Under the pieces are notes generated by a model, which had not been told where the DNA came from, did no database searches, and saw nothing but the letters and a program-made list of their open reading frames with translations. 64,000 nt of DNA from the NCBI RefSeq assembly GCF_009914755.1, contig NC_060947.1. One strand, written 5' to 3'. Position numbers and translations under genes: made by a program. Below are positions 52,300-64,000 of the stretch, one piece after another (within the stretch, counting starts at the first letter, position 1; the number at the start of each line of letters is the position of its first letter). This DNA is from the human T2T-CHM13v2.0 reference genome, Homo sapiens.

Positions 52300-54060
52300 A
52301 TTATAATATAAAGTTGAGAAAATTTCTAGGGAAGCAGGGTGAAAAGATTAAGTGAAAGAAATTAGGAGATAAGGAGATGAGAAAATTTCAGGTCAAATCA
52401 AAGAGGATGATAACTCCTATTATTCAAACAATAGGAGTTTAAGAAAGAGAAAATGGAAAACAGGGGAGGATATACATGAGATAAGTAACTCAAGAAAATG
52501 TGCCAGGACATAAGTTTCCAGTTTGAAACAGTTCACTTAGTACCTAGGTCAATGGTTGAAATTAGATCCACCTCAAATAACATCATTAGGACATTTCAGA
52601 ATACCAGAGACAAAGAGAGATCTTTTGAAATATGCAAAGAGAAAAAAATCAAATTATGCACAAAGGATCAGTAATCATAATGTCCTCAGACTTTTCACAG
52701 CAATAATGGAAGTTAGAAGTCATACCTTCAAACTTCAGGGAAAAAACAAAAATAAGCTTAAAGTTTGATGCCATGTCAAGCTGTTAATTAAATGTGAGTC
52801 TATAATCAAGATATTTTCAGATAGCCTGGGTATTATAATATTTACTTCTCATGCATCATTTTTCAGAAAGTTGGTAGACAAGATTTCACAATATAAGAGA
52901 ATAAACATAGAAAATAGAATAAATGTGACTTGGAAAATGAGATTCAACATGAGAGAGCTGAAGGGAATCTCCAGGAGCATGGGCATGCAGTATACCTAGA
53001 GAGCAACCAGTTCAGACTGGGGCAGGTCAGAAGCTTTTAGAGTGATATCTCCATGTAAAGGAAACTGATAGATACTTGAAGTATTTAAGTTGCACATATT
53101 GAGAAGAGTTTTAATCAACTAAGGGAGAGTTTGGAGATAAATTAATGAACTAAGAAATGGAAAACTAAGAAAAAATGCAACACAATTACTAACTCTGAGG
53201 AGAAGTAACCATAATATAGTCTATCATTCAGCTATGAACATCATTTATAAGTCAAAACATTGCAAATATTGATGATTGATATAACCAAAATTATGTTATG
53301 GAAGTGTTAGTATGATTGCATCTTGAAGGAGGTAGGGGGCAAGTGATCTAAATCCTTAGCTTTCGTAGTGGGATATCAGTAAACAATGTCTAAAATGAAA
53401 AAAAATATAGAAGTAGCAAAATAAACATTATTTGGGTTTATGGAGTTGTTGAGCTAAAAGGAAGAACCTGAGGCAAAAATAATATAAGTAGAGAGTTTAT
53501 TTGGGCCAAGCTTGAGGATTGCAACCCAGGAGCATAGATTCAAGTTGCCCTGAATATACATTGATTAGCAACAGTTACAAGTGGATTTTTAAAGGCAATA
53601 AAAGGGGACAGGGAGTAGATTAATACAAAATTGTTTGTCAAGAAATCTCATTGGTTTAGAAAAATAACATTGATTGATAATTGGCTATACATTGTTAAGG
53701 TATAAATTGTGGGTTTTAGGTACATTATTAGGTTAATTCATAGCTACTTGTGGCAATAACAAGCAGTTTCAAGAGACTACTACATAGCTAAAGTGGGGAG
53801 TAGGGCATGATTGCTGTCTCATTTTGATGTCTCTCTGGGCCTGGTAATTAAAAGGACTTTACATTCTTCAGATAAAAGTGTGTTTTTCTTTCTTTTCTTG
53901 GAGTTAATTTAAGAGAAAGCTACAATTGTTGAGAGTGTTTGTCTCTTAAGACTTATGAAATGTAGTGGGAGGAGAGGACTACTCTTTCTTTGTAATATGA
54001 TTTTAAAAACGATTGGATCCTTTAAATTATGTGATGATGTGTAACCTCAATAAATATAAA
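52300..54060 (+). mobile_element. HAL1/old L1 ORF1-like remnant, split by an ERV1 LTR
   Basis: A-rich ORF1-like sequence (aataggagtt...cctcagacttttcacagcaataatggaagttagaag...ccttcaaa). A possible 5' part lies at about 50590-51240. Confidence 0.55.
53447..53898 (-). mobile_element. MER31-like ERV1 solo LTR
   Basis: gagagtttatttgggccaagcttgaggattgcaaccc...gattcaagttgccctgaatata. Flanked by tggagtt on both sides; subfamily uncertain. Confidence 0.65.
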
Positions 54061-54134
54061 GACAGTGTAACTGAAATATAAGGAATATTAGAACAAATAT
54101 AAAGAAAAATAGAAAATTGTTGTTTGTGTTATTA

Positions 54135-54470
54135 CAGATTGAGCATTCTTAATCTGAAAATTTGAAATCCATAGTGCTCCAAAATCTGAAACTTTTCGAG
54201 CATCAACATGACACCACATGTAGGAAATTTCACTTGTGAGTGCTTAAAACAAACTTTGTTTCATGCACAAAATTATTTAAAATATTTTATAAAATTACCT
54301 TCAGGCTGTATGTATAAGGTGTATATAAAACATAAATGAATCTTATGTTTAGTTTGGGGTTCATCCCTAAGATATCTCATTATGTATATGTAAATATTCC
54401 CAAATCTGAAAAATCAGAAATCCAAAACACTTCTTGTCCCAAGCATTTTGGATAAGGAATACTCAACCTG
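54135..54470. mobile_element. Tigger4b (MER46B) MITE
   Basis: TIRs cagattgagcattcttaatc / gataaggaatactcaacctg, flanked by TA on both sides (54133-54134 and 54471-54472). Confidence 0.88.
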
Positions 54471-57069
54471 TAATTTGAAAATAAAATATTTTTCTTTGAT
54501 AGTTCTGCATGCCACAAAACCCTTTCTGACTCCAAACAAGCCCATGTCACTGTCGCCTCAGAGATGTGTGCTTTCAAGCTTAGCACAGAACTTGCTTTCC
54601 ACTTTTTCTGGATTATTTTCTAGGGATAAGGTAGATAAAAGGCAGGAATTCTAAACTCTTAGGTCTTGGCTCTGGTCCTATCTTCACACGACTCAAGGGC
54701 AGTCTTAGACAACTTTTATCAATCTTTAGCTGCCCTTTTCTCCTTTTTAACGATCACATACTTTAAAACTAATGAAATGTTTTAAAATCAACACTAAAAA
54801 ATGAAATTGGGAGGCCTAGTGGGTGGCAAATATTTTGAAAAGGTTGGGAATGAATGTAGAAATTTAAGTGGCTATGTTTATAGAAACCATTTTCCCATCA
54901 ATGAATTATATTTTATATGAAGAAATGTATGAGGCCTGTTTTTCGAGTAGCTACGAGCGTACTCATTGCAGAAATAGGTCAGTTCCAATGATCATAATAA
55001 TTTTAGGCTTTGGACTGAAAGCATAATACAAATATCACTAGTGCCATTGACTACAGAAAAGTGTCATGGTTAGCACTAAATTGTGGCTTGAGTTTTTTTC
55101 TTTAGATTTTCCAAGATTTATATGAATTTATTTTGTATCTATGTCTTGCTGAATTTAAAATGAAGCTGACACACACTCCTCATTTTAAAATGTATTATTG
55201 AAATATCTATCTCATGCTGGTCTGAGTTACTTTTTCAAGAGCCCCCAGGAAGTTATGGAAGGTACTATGATTTAGCTATAAGCTAAATTTTACAGAGACA
55301 TTTTAAAAACATTTCTGACTACATTTATTCTGAATTATTCACCATTTATTTTCTCCAAGCCAATTTCAAGGGTGCCGTGAAACATACGCGGTCTTTGTTG
55401 CCTACACATTCTTTTGTAATAGGCAGTTTGGGGCTGATGTTGCATGTGCATATTTAACTTCACCTCGATCTGTTAATACAGCTGCAATGATAAATCTGTA
55501 ATTAGAATAACCTTTCTGTTTGTTAATTTAAGAGGCTAACATGGCATCTTGATTTTAATATTTACACTCCATCTACTTGATGTAGTTTAGAAATCAGAAC
55601 ACCGTGAAAGATAGGACACAGAAGGTTAAAACAGAATCTAACCAAAGAAAGCAGAAGAGGTAAATAATGTCGTGCAACAGAAATGAGCTGATTCTAGAAT
55701 GGGAAACAGTGTGTTTCTAAAGTTTCTCAAATTTAAGGCTCCAAATGAAATAATTATTTGGTAGTTTTTTTCCTGGCAGCCCAATGCCCACATATAAATC
55801 TACAGAGATGAAATTTTTCCCTAAGCAAAATTAGCTCTCGGCAGGACATAAAGGAGCATGCAGAAATCTATTGTGTAGGAATGACATTAAGTCAACCTAG
55901 AACCAATATCTGGATTATGATTTTATAGGACTGAGGCAAAAATTCTATTATTTAATGAAATAATTTTTATGCGTCCTTCGTATAAGAGGTAGAAGGAAGA
56001 TTCATTCAATGAAAGCATTTTTTGAGGAGTTGGAAGAAGAGGATGTAGTAAATGTAGTACAAGTATGATCACTGATTTGAGTAATAATAGGTGACTAAAT
56101 ATGGAGGCAGGTCTGGGTATTGTTTTTCTGGGCCAACCTACAGAATGACCTAAGCCTCAGGCTAGGTCAGAATGTGAGGTGTGAAAGTTTTCTGTGTGTA
56201 CACACTCATCTGCATGTGCTCATGCACACATGCACACACATGTGCATGTGCATACAAATATGGAGGATAAAGAAGGCAGGGGAGAGCAGGCGCACATGAG
56301 TAACATTGTTTAACCCACCAAACAAGGCCACTAGGATTTCAATATTTGTGGCCAGGACTTTCAGGCACTGAGATGGGTTATTAAACTTGCTTTTCACACT
56401 TTAGTCCTAACTTTTTTCTATCATACTGAGCTTTCTTTTGACCATTTTAATACCTGAAATCAAGATATATAAAGAGGATCTAGGAGAGCTGGGAGAGCAG
56501 ACAGGAACAAGTTTTCTGAGAAGTGAGTAACAGAGTAGGAGTGGGACTCGTAGTGAGAATATCTTGATTCTGGATCACTGGGGTCTTCAAGTGGAAACTC
56601 TCATGTGCCTCGTTCCCTGTGGTGGGATTGGTCCCAGAGTCAAGGCATGCGTGAACTGATGCAGATGGCTTTTGAGAGGCCCAGTGATGAAGGTGAGATG
56701 TAGGGGTCAAGGTGAGGAAAGATAGGGTTCACTGTCATAATCATAACCACATATTACAAGGTCCCCTGGACCTTGTCTTTCAGGTACTAACAATTGGACT
56801 TTTTCCATATGTATTAACTTACTATCTGTCTATATATGTGTCTGCATTTTGGCTGAGTTCCCTAAGAGTTTGCTTTTTTAGGGGAAAGTCTACAATATCT
56901 CTCATATCTCAAACACTTATTCTATTTGCTATGCTTTCCTGACAATTGCAGATGTTAGAAAATATTTCGGCCTTTTTTTGTGGGGAAAGAATCATATAAG
57001 CATATGTGGAAAATATCACAACATAAAATGTAAAAAAAAAAAGTGAAAATTTCCAGGAGCACATTATTA

Positions 57070-57800
57070 ATTTATTCCCCAAATAATATATATTTCCTGT
57101 GTGCTGGAGATAAGTCAGTGATCAAGAAAGGCAAGATTTCTGCACTCCTGGAGGTTACATTCTTAAGCAGTCTCTGGGTATAATGAGGACCAAGGCTATA
57201 GATCTGTAGCGATGAGATAATGTTTATATGTAAAAAGAACAGCAATAATAGGTTTTTATGTATTAAGTGCCAGCTGATAGAGCTTGAATAATTACAGTGG
57301 GGATGGAGAAATTATTTCAGGCAGCAGAGTTGTATGACTAAAGCATGACTACAAGAATGCAATGAGAAATGGACTTGTTTGCCTGAAGTCCAGGGGTTGT
57401 ATATGGGAGTAGTCAGGGACAACATTTGAGAGGTAGATAAGAACCATTGAAAACTTGTGAGCAGGGAAATGACATGATAAAATTGATGATGACATAGTAG
57501 ACATGAAAATCAAGTTAGGAATTGGGATACTGAAATAGACCAGGGGTGTATTAAAGGTGATGTCAGTGGGAATGCAAAGTTAGTGAAACATATAAGACAT
57601 TTGAAAGGAAGACTCAGTAGACTTGGGACTGGTGAATATGAAGCCAGAAAAGAAGAGAGGAATCAAGGATCACTCCAGCATTTCAAACCACAGTTTTTCA
57701 ATAAGGTGACATTTGTACAAATGGAGAATTCCAGATGGGGGATAGTTTGGAAGGATCAAGGATGCGGTATGGTTTAGATATGTGCAGTCATAGAAATTGG
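57070..57800 (-). mobile_element. L2 fragments
   Basis: gtgctggagata...ctgcactcctggaggttacattc...gagcagggaaatgacatga...gactcagtagacttgggactgg. Confidence 0.6.
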
Positions 57801-57819
57801 GAATAGAAGAGTTTTAATT

Positions 57820-58075
57820 TTTTTCTAGCTTTATTTTACCTTGAAATTTTCTTATCAGCAGTCAAATATGTAGAAAAATTTAAAAACTAGTATAATAAAC
57901 TCCTATATACCCAATACATCTAGATTCAACAGTTTTCATTTTGTCATATTAGTTTTTTCTATATGTCTGCCTCTCTGTTTATCCATCTTTTTGACTGAAC
58001 CATTCAAAAATAACTTGCAGTTGCAATAAAATTTCATTTCTAAGCACTTCAGCATTTATGTTCTAAGAACATCAA
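57820..58075 (-). mobile_element. L1MC4/L1ME 3' fragment
   Basis: aaatatgtagaaaa...agtataataaactcc...ctagattcaaca...ctaagcacttcagcat. Confidence 0.6.
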
Positions 58076-58602
58076 CTTCAATTTTGAAAGAAGTTAAGAT
58101 CAAAGGTGTTTCACTTAGTGGTATAGGTAGGCTATATTAGACACTTAGGTTGCCTGATGGTCAAATGCTCCTACCATGTAATACCTTCCGTGTTTATATT
58201 TGATATTTATTGCTTGGAGTGTTCTGACATATAAACTAGATTCATGCAAATAACACTATAAGAGTATAAAAGAGGTCTAGTGTGAGGGTTTATGGATAGA
58301 AAGAGATTTAGAGAGCTAAGAAAGAAGATGAATGAGAACAGAACAGTGGAGCAGAGACTGTATTTGCATAGGGGAAATTTAATGGTTGTATCAAGTGGTC
58401 CTTAGTGATGTCTGACCATAACTGATCATATGGCCTTGGAAATTGGGAAGTAGGCCAAGATCATGTTCTGAGATGGACTTTATGGACCACTTCCTTTGTT
58501 TCTTATCACATCCACATCTCCCACTGAAAAAAGCAATATTTCAGGTTGATGTATATACATAGCATGGTTGTGATGTTACTTTACTCATAACCTAGTAAAC
58601 AG

Positions 58603-58626
58603 ATATATATATATATATATATATAT
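58603..58626. repeat. (AT)n microsatellite
   Basis: About 12 perfect AT units. Confidence 0.95.
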
Positions 58627-58992
58627 AAAATGAGATCATGGTAGATATGGGGTTTAAGGGAACATATGGGGTCTGTGTCAAAGTAGAAGGGATTTCAAGA
58701 ATTACCCTATGAGCTCTTAATGGGTTACAGTTGTGTTGTTAAAGTGCTTTGCAACTTGAGAGAGCTGTTGAGAGAATAAAGCTTGTTATGAGAGATCATT
58801 GCAGCTCCTGGTTACTTTATTATTATTGTGACACTGGAGAACATGGCTGTTAGGGAATGGGCTCCCAGGAACCAATGTATGATGTATATATTTGAAATAA
58901 GGGAAAAAATCCGTAAAATGTTCAAAGTTGGAGGACAAACTGTTTAGTTTTAATATTTTTAGTGTATTTATCTTTGGAATTTGTTTTATGTC

Positions 58993-59284
<292 letters not shown>

Positions 59285-59381
59285 GTGTCTTTTATTCAGT
59301 GTTCATTCCGTATAGGCTAGGTGTTTGGGTAATAAAAATGTGAATCATCTTACAAAACTTTACAGTCCAGGACATGGACTC

Positions 59382-59795
59382 TGTACTGGATTGAATAGTG
59401 TCCCCCTCAAAATTTCCATGTCCACACTAAGAATATCAGAATGTGACTTTATTTGGAAATAGGGTCCTTATAGATATAACTAGTTAGGTTAAGATTGTCA
59501 TACTAGGCTAGGATGTGCTCTTATAAGAAGAGAAGAGAATACACAGATTCACAGAGGTGTAGAGAGAATGCCACGTGAAGACACTGGCAGGGATTGGAGT
59601 GATGGGTCTATAAGCCAAGAAACACCAAGGATTTCTGGCAACCACTGGAAATTGGGAGAGAGGTATAGAACAGATTTTCCCTCAGAGCCTCCAGAAGAAA
59701 CAGCCCTGCTAACACCTTGATTTTGGGACTTCTAGGCTCTAGAACTTTGAGAGAATAAATTTCTGTTGTTTTAAGTTACCTAGTTTGTGATGATA
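59382..59795 (+). mobile_element. MLT1B/C LTR interrupted near its 3' end by an L1
   Basis: ttgaatagtgtcccc...gaatgtgactttatttggaaatagggtc...gagaataaatttctgttgttttaag...tagtttgtg. Confidence 0.88.
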
Positions 59796-59797
59796 CA

Positions 59798-62700
59798 TAT
59801 TTTTAATTTAAAATTTTTTAAAAAAATTTGTATAAATTCATGGGGTACATGTGAAATTTTATTACATGTATATAATGCATAGTGATCCATTCAAGGATAT
59901 TTAGGGTGTCCATCACCTGAGTGCAATACATTTTTGTTAACTATAGTCACCCTATTCTGCTATCAAGCATTACATTTATTCCTTCTAACTATATGTTTGT
60001 ACCCCTTAACCCACTTCTCATCTTCCCCCTTTCCCTCACGTACCTGTCCCAATCTCTGTTATCTATCTTTCCACTCTCTACCTCCATGAGATGAAATTTT
60101 TTAGCTCCCACTTGTGAGAACATGTGATACTTGTCTTTTTGTGCCTAGCTTAAGATAACAACCTCCAGTTCCACCCATGTTGCTCTAAATGACATGATCT
60201 CGTTGTTTTTACTGGTTGAATGGGATTCCATTGTGTATATACACAACTTTTTTTTTTATCCATCCATCGGTGGACACTTAGGTTGATTCTATTATCTTTG
60301 CTATTGTGAATAGTGCTGCAATAAACATGAGAGTGTAGATTTTTCTTTGATATATTGATTTCTTTTCCTTTGGGTAGATACTCTGGGATTGCTGGATCAA
60401 ATGGTAATTCTATTAGATTTTTTATAAACTTCCATACTGCTTTCCATGGATTTATTTATGTTAATTTTGTATCCTGCCACTTTACTAAATTAAGTTGTCA
60501 AATCTAAGAGGTTTTTGGTGGAGTTTTTATGTTTTTATAGGTATAAGATATCATTAGCAAAGAGGGTCAATTTGACTTCTGTTTTCCAATTTGGATGTTT
60601 TTTATTTTTTTTCTCTTGCCTGTTTGCTCTGGCTGAGACTTCCATTACTATGTGGAATAGGAGTGGTGAAAGAGGGCATCTTTGTCTCATTCCAGTTTTT
60701 AGAAGAAAGGCTTTCAACTTTTCCCCATTCAGTATGATGTTAGGTGTGGGTTTGTCATATATGGCCTTTATTATTTTGAGGCATGTTCCTTTTGTACCTA
60801 ATATGTTGAGAATTTTTATCATGAAGGGATGTTGAATTTATCAAATGCTTTTTCTGCATTTATTGAGATGATCATATGTTTTTTTCCTTCATTCTTTTTA
60901 TGTGGTGTATCCTGTTTATTGATTTGTATATCTTGCATCATCCGCATCCCTGTTTTACATCACTCTTCATCATGGTGTGTTTTTGCTGTGCTGATGTGAT
61001 TTGCTAGTATTTTGCTGAGGAGTTTTGCATCTATGTTCATTAGGGATATTCACCTGTAGTTTGATTTTTTTCTTGTGTTTTTGTCTGGTTTTGGTATCAG
61101 AGTGATGCTACCCTTGTAGAATGAGTTGATAATTCCCTCCTCTTCAATTTTTTATAATAGTTTCAGGAGGACTGGTACCAGTTCTTTGTACATTTGGTAG
61201 AATTTGGCTGTGAATCCATAAGGTCCTGGGCTATTCTTTGTTGGGCGAATTTTATTACTGATTAAATCTTGCTCCACATTATTGCTCCCTTCAGGTTTTC
61301 TATTTCTTCCTGATTCAATCTTTGTAGGTTTTGTGTGTCCAAGAATTTATCCCTTTCCTTTAGTATCTCCAGTTTGTTAGCATTTGGTCACTCATAATAG
61401 TCTCTGATAATCTTTTGTATTTCTGTGGTATGAGTTGTAATGTCTTCTTTTTCATTTATGATTTTGTTTATTTGGGTATTCTTTCCTTTTTGTGGTTAAT
61501 CTAGTTTATCAAATTTGTTTATCAAATTTTGTTACGTCAATTTTGTTGATCTTTTTGAAGAACTGAGTTTTTGTTTTGTTGATCCTTTATAACGTTTTTG
61601 TAGTCTCCGTTTCTTTTAGTTGTGCTCCAATCTTTGTTATTTCTTTTCTTCTATTAATTTTGGGTTTGGTTTGTTCTTGCTTTTCTGTTTCCTTGAGGTG
61701 CAGTGATAGATTATTAATGTATAATCTTTCTACTTTTTTGATGTAGTCATTTAGTGCTATAGACTTCCCTCTTGGCACTACTATTGCTGTGACCCATGGG
61801 TTTTGGTATGGTATGTTTCCATTTTCATTTGTTTCAAGTAATTTTTTGGTTAATCATAATTTCTTTGTTGACCCAGTGGTTGTTCAGGAGCATGTTGTTT
61901 AGTGCCCACGTATTTGTCTAGTTTCCAAAGTTCTTCCTGCTATTGATTTCTAGCTTTATCTCATTGTGGTCTCAGAAGCTGCTTGATAGGATTTTGATTT
62001 TTAGAACTTTGTTGTGAATTATTTTGTGGCTTAACATATGGTCTATCCTGGAGAATGTTCCATGTGCTGGTAAAAGAATGTATATTCTGCAGTTTTTAGA
62101 TAGAATGCTCTACAAATGAAATTTGGTCCATTTGGTACAAAGTCCAGTTTAAATCTTGTTTCTGTGTTGATTTTATATGTCTAGATGATCAGTATAAATG
62201 CTGAGAGTGGGGTGTTAAAGTCCCCCACTATTATTTTATTGCAGCCTATTTCTCTCTTTAGAGCTAGTAATATTTGCTTTATAAATCTGTGTACTCCAGT
62301 GTGGGTGCATATATATTTATAATTGTTATATCCTCTTCCGGAATTTATCCCTTCATTATTATATAATGACCTTCTTTGTCTTTTTACTATTTTTGACTTG
62401 AAGTCTGTTTTATCTGATAGTAGTGTAGTTACTCCTGCATGTTTTTGGTTTCTGTTTGAATGGAGTATCTTTTTCCATCCCTTTACTTTCAGTTTATATT
62501 TGTCTTTACTGATAAGGTGAATTTCTTATAAGCAACATATAGTAGGTCTATGTTTTCTTTTTTAAAAATCCATTCAGCCATTCTATATCTTCTAAGTCAA
62601 GAGTTGAATTCATTTATTTTCAAGATTAGTATTGACATTTGAAGCTTTGTTCCTGTCATGTTATGAATTGTTTTCTGGTTGTGTTTTGTATTCTTTATTT

Positions 62701-64000
62701 CTTTTGTTTATCATTTTGCTTTGGTAGATTTCTGTAACAGTACTATTTGTGTCCTTTCTCTTTCTTCTTTGTGTGATTGCTTTACTAGTGAGTTTTATAC
62801 TTTTCTGTATTTTCATTATGGTAAATACTGTTCTTTTGATTCCAGACTTAGGACTCACTTGATCCTTTCTTGTAGGTCCAGTCTAGTGGTAAGGAATTCT
62901 CTCAGCATTTGCTTCTCTGGGAAACATTTATTTCTCCTTCGTCCATGAAGAATAATTTTGCTAGATATAGTATTCTTGGTTGACAACTGTTTTTTTTTTT
63001 TTTTCTTTTAGCACTTTTAGCACTTTTAATATGACATTCTCTTCTGGCCTGTAAGATTTCTGCTGAGAAACCTGCAGCTGCACTCATGGGGTTTTCTTTA
63101 TAGGTGACTAGACACTTTTCTTTTGCTGTTTTTAGGATTCATTCTTTTTCTTTGCCTTTAGAGAGTTTGACTATAATGTGCCATGGAGAGGACCTTTTTA
63201 CATTGTATCTTCTTGAGGATCACTGAACCTTCCTTGTCTGTAAGTCTAAATCTCTTGCTAGACTTGGGAAGTGTTCATTTATTATTTCATTAAATTGGTT
63301 TTCTAATCCTTTCATTTTCTTTTTGCTCTTGGGGATACTGATAATTCAAATATTCAGTTACTTTATATGGTCCCAAATGTCACAAAGGCTTTGCTCATTC
63401 TTTTTAAATATTTTGTTTATTTTTGTCTGACTGAATCATTCCAAAAGACCTGCCTTTAAGTTCTGAGAGCCTTTCTCGTGCTTGATCTAGTCTGTTAATG
63501 AAGCTTTCAAATATATTTTATATTTCCTTCAAGGAATTCTTCACTTCCAGAATTTCTACTTGCTTCTTTTAGAAAAAATGTCTATCCCTTTGTTAAACTT
63601 CTCATTCATATCCTCAGTTGTTTTTCTGATTTCTTTCTATTGTTTTTCAGAATTATCTTATGTCTCACTGAGCTTCTTTAAAATCAATATTTTGAATTCT
63701 TTATCTGGAATTTGGAAATTTCTTTTTGATTAAGATCTGTTGGTCAGAAATTATTGTGTTCCTTTGGAGGTGTCATATTCCTTCCTCTTTAATAGTGTTG
63801 ATATCTGCACATGTGGTGTAACAGTCACTTACTTCCATTTTTGAATTTACTTTCATTGGGGAGGACATTTTTCTAAAGATATATGCGTGGCATTAGTTGT
63901 GTAGGGCTCTTTGGCTTTGATTATGGGCGCATGAAGTTTTGTAATCACTGTATGATTTATTTGGCTGTAAGGAGCATTAGTATTTGTCATTTCTTTGGTG
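59798..64000 (-). mobile_element. L1MA (about MA2-MA3) LINE-1 with an internal deletion near 60450, running off the window end
   Basis: 3' UTR tcatggggtacatgtgaaatttt..., ORF2 RT remnant ([22 protein letters not shown]...[11 protein letters not shown]), then endonuclease and ORF1 remnants (FSAEILQARRE). Confidence 0.93.

Noticed and set aside
56193-56256. Alternating purine-pyrimidine, quasi-palindromic (TG/CA/TGCA) stretch
   Set aside because: A common decayed microsatellite; its self-complementarity follows from composition.

Overview
This window is AT-rich, CpG-poor primate (very probably human) genomic DNA with no recognisable protein-coding exon, RNA gene, CpG island or CRISPR array. 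It is dominated by interspersed repeats: seven Alu insertions (one trimeric), three multi-kb L1s on the minus strand plus older L1/HAL1 fragments, L2 and MIR relics, a complete THE1B MaLR provirus, solo THE1C, THE1D, MLT1, LTR7 (HERVH), MER31-like and LTR41-like LTRs, several DNA-transposon MITEs, and a full-length but dead Hsmar1 mariner. All ORF-track ORFs are repeat-derived or look like chance ORFs. The minus-strand bias of the large L1s and most LTRs suggests a long intron of a + strand gene (inference). I found no convincing new multi-gene system. The most unusual signals are two short non-tandem templated duplications (68 bp and 56 bp, copies 3.3 and 2.5 kb apart, one copy of each bracketed by a short direct repeat), a double-CArG hairpin next to NKX2-5 and GATA motifs, a SETMAR-type splice acceptor retained in the Hsmar1 copy, and a speculative LTR-to-LTR antisense spliced transcript. 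Subfamily names and the boundaries of old repeats come from remembered consensus sequences and need RepeatMasker/Dfam confirmation.
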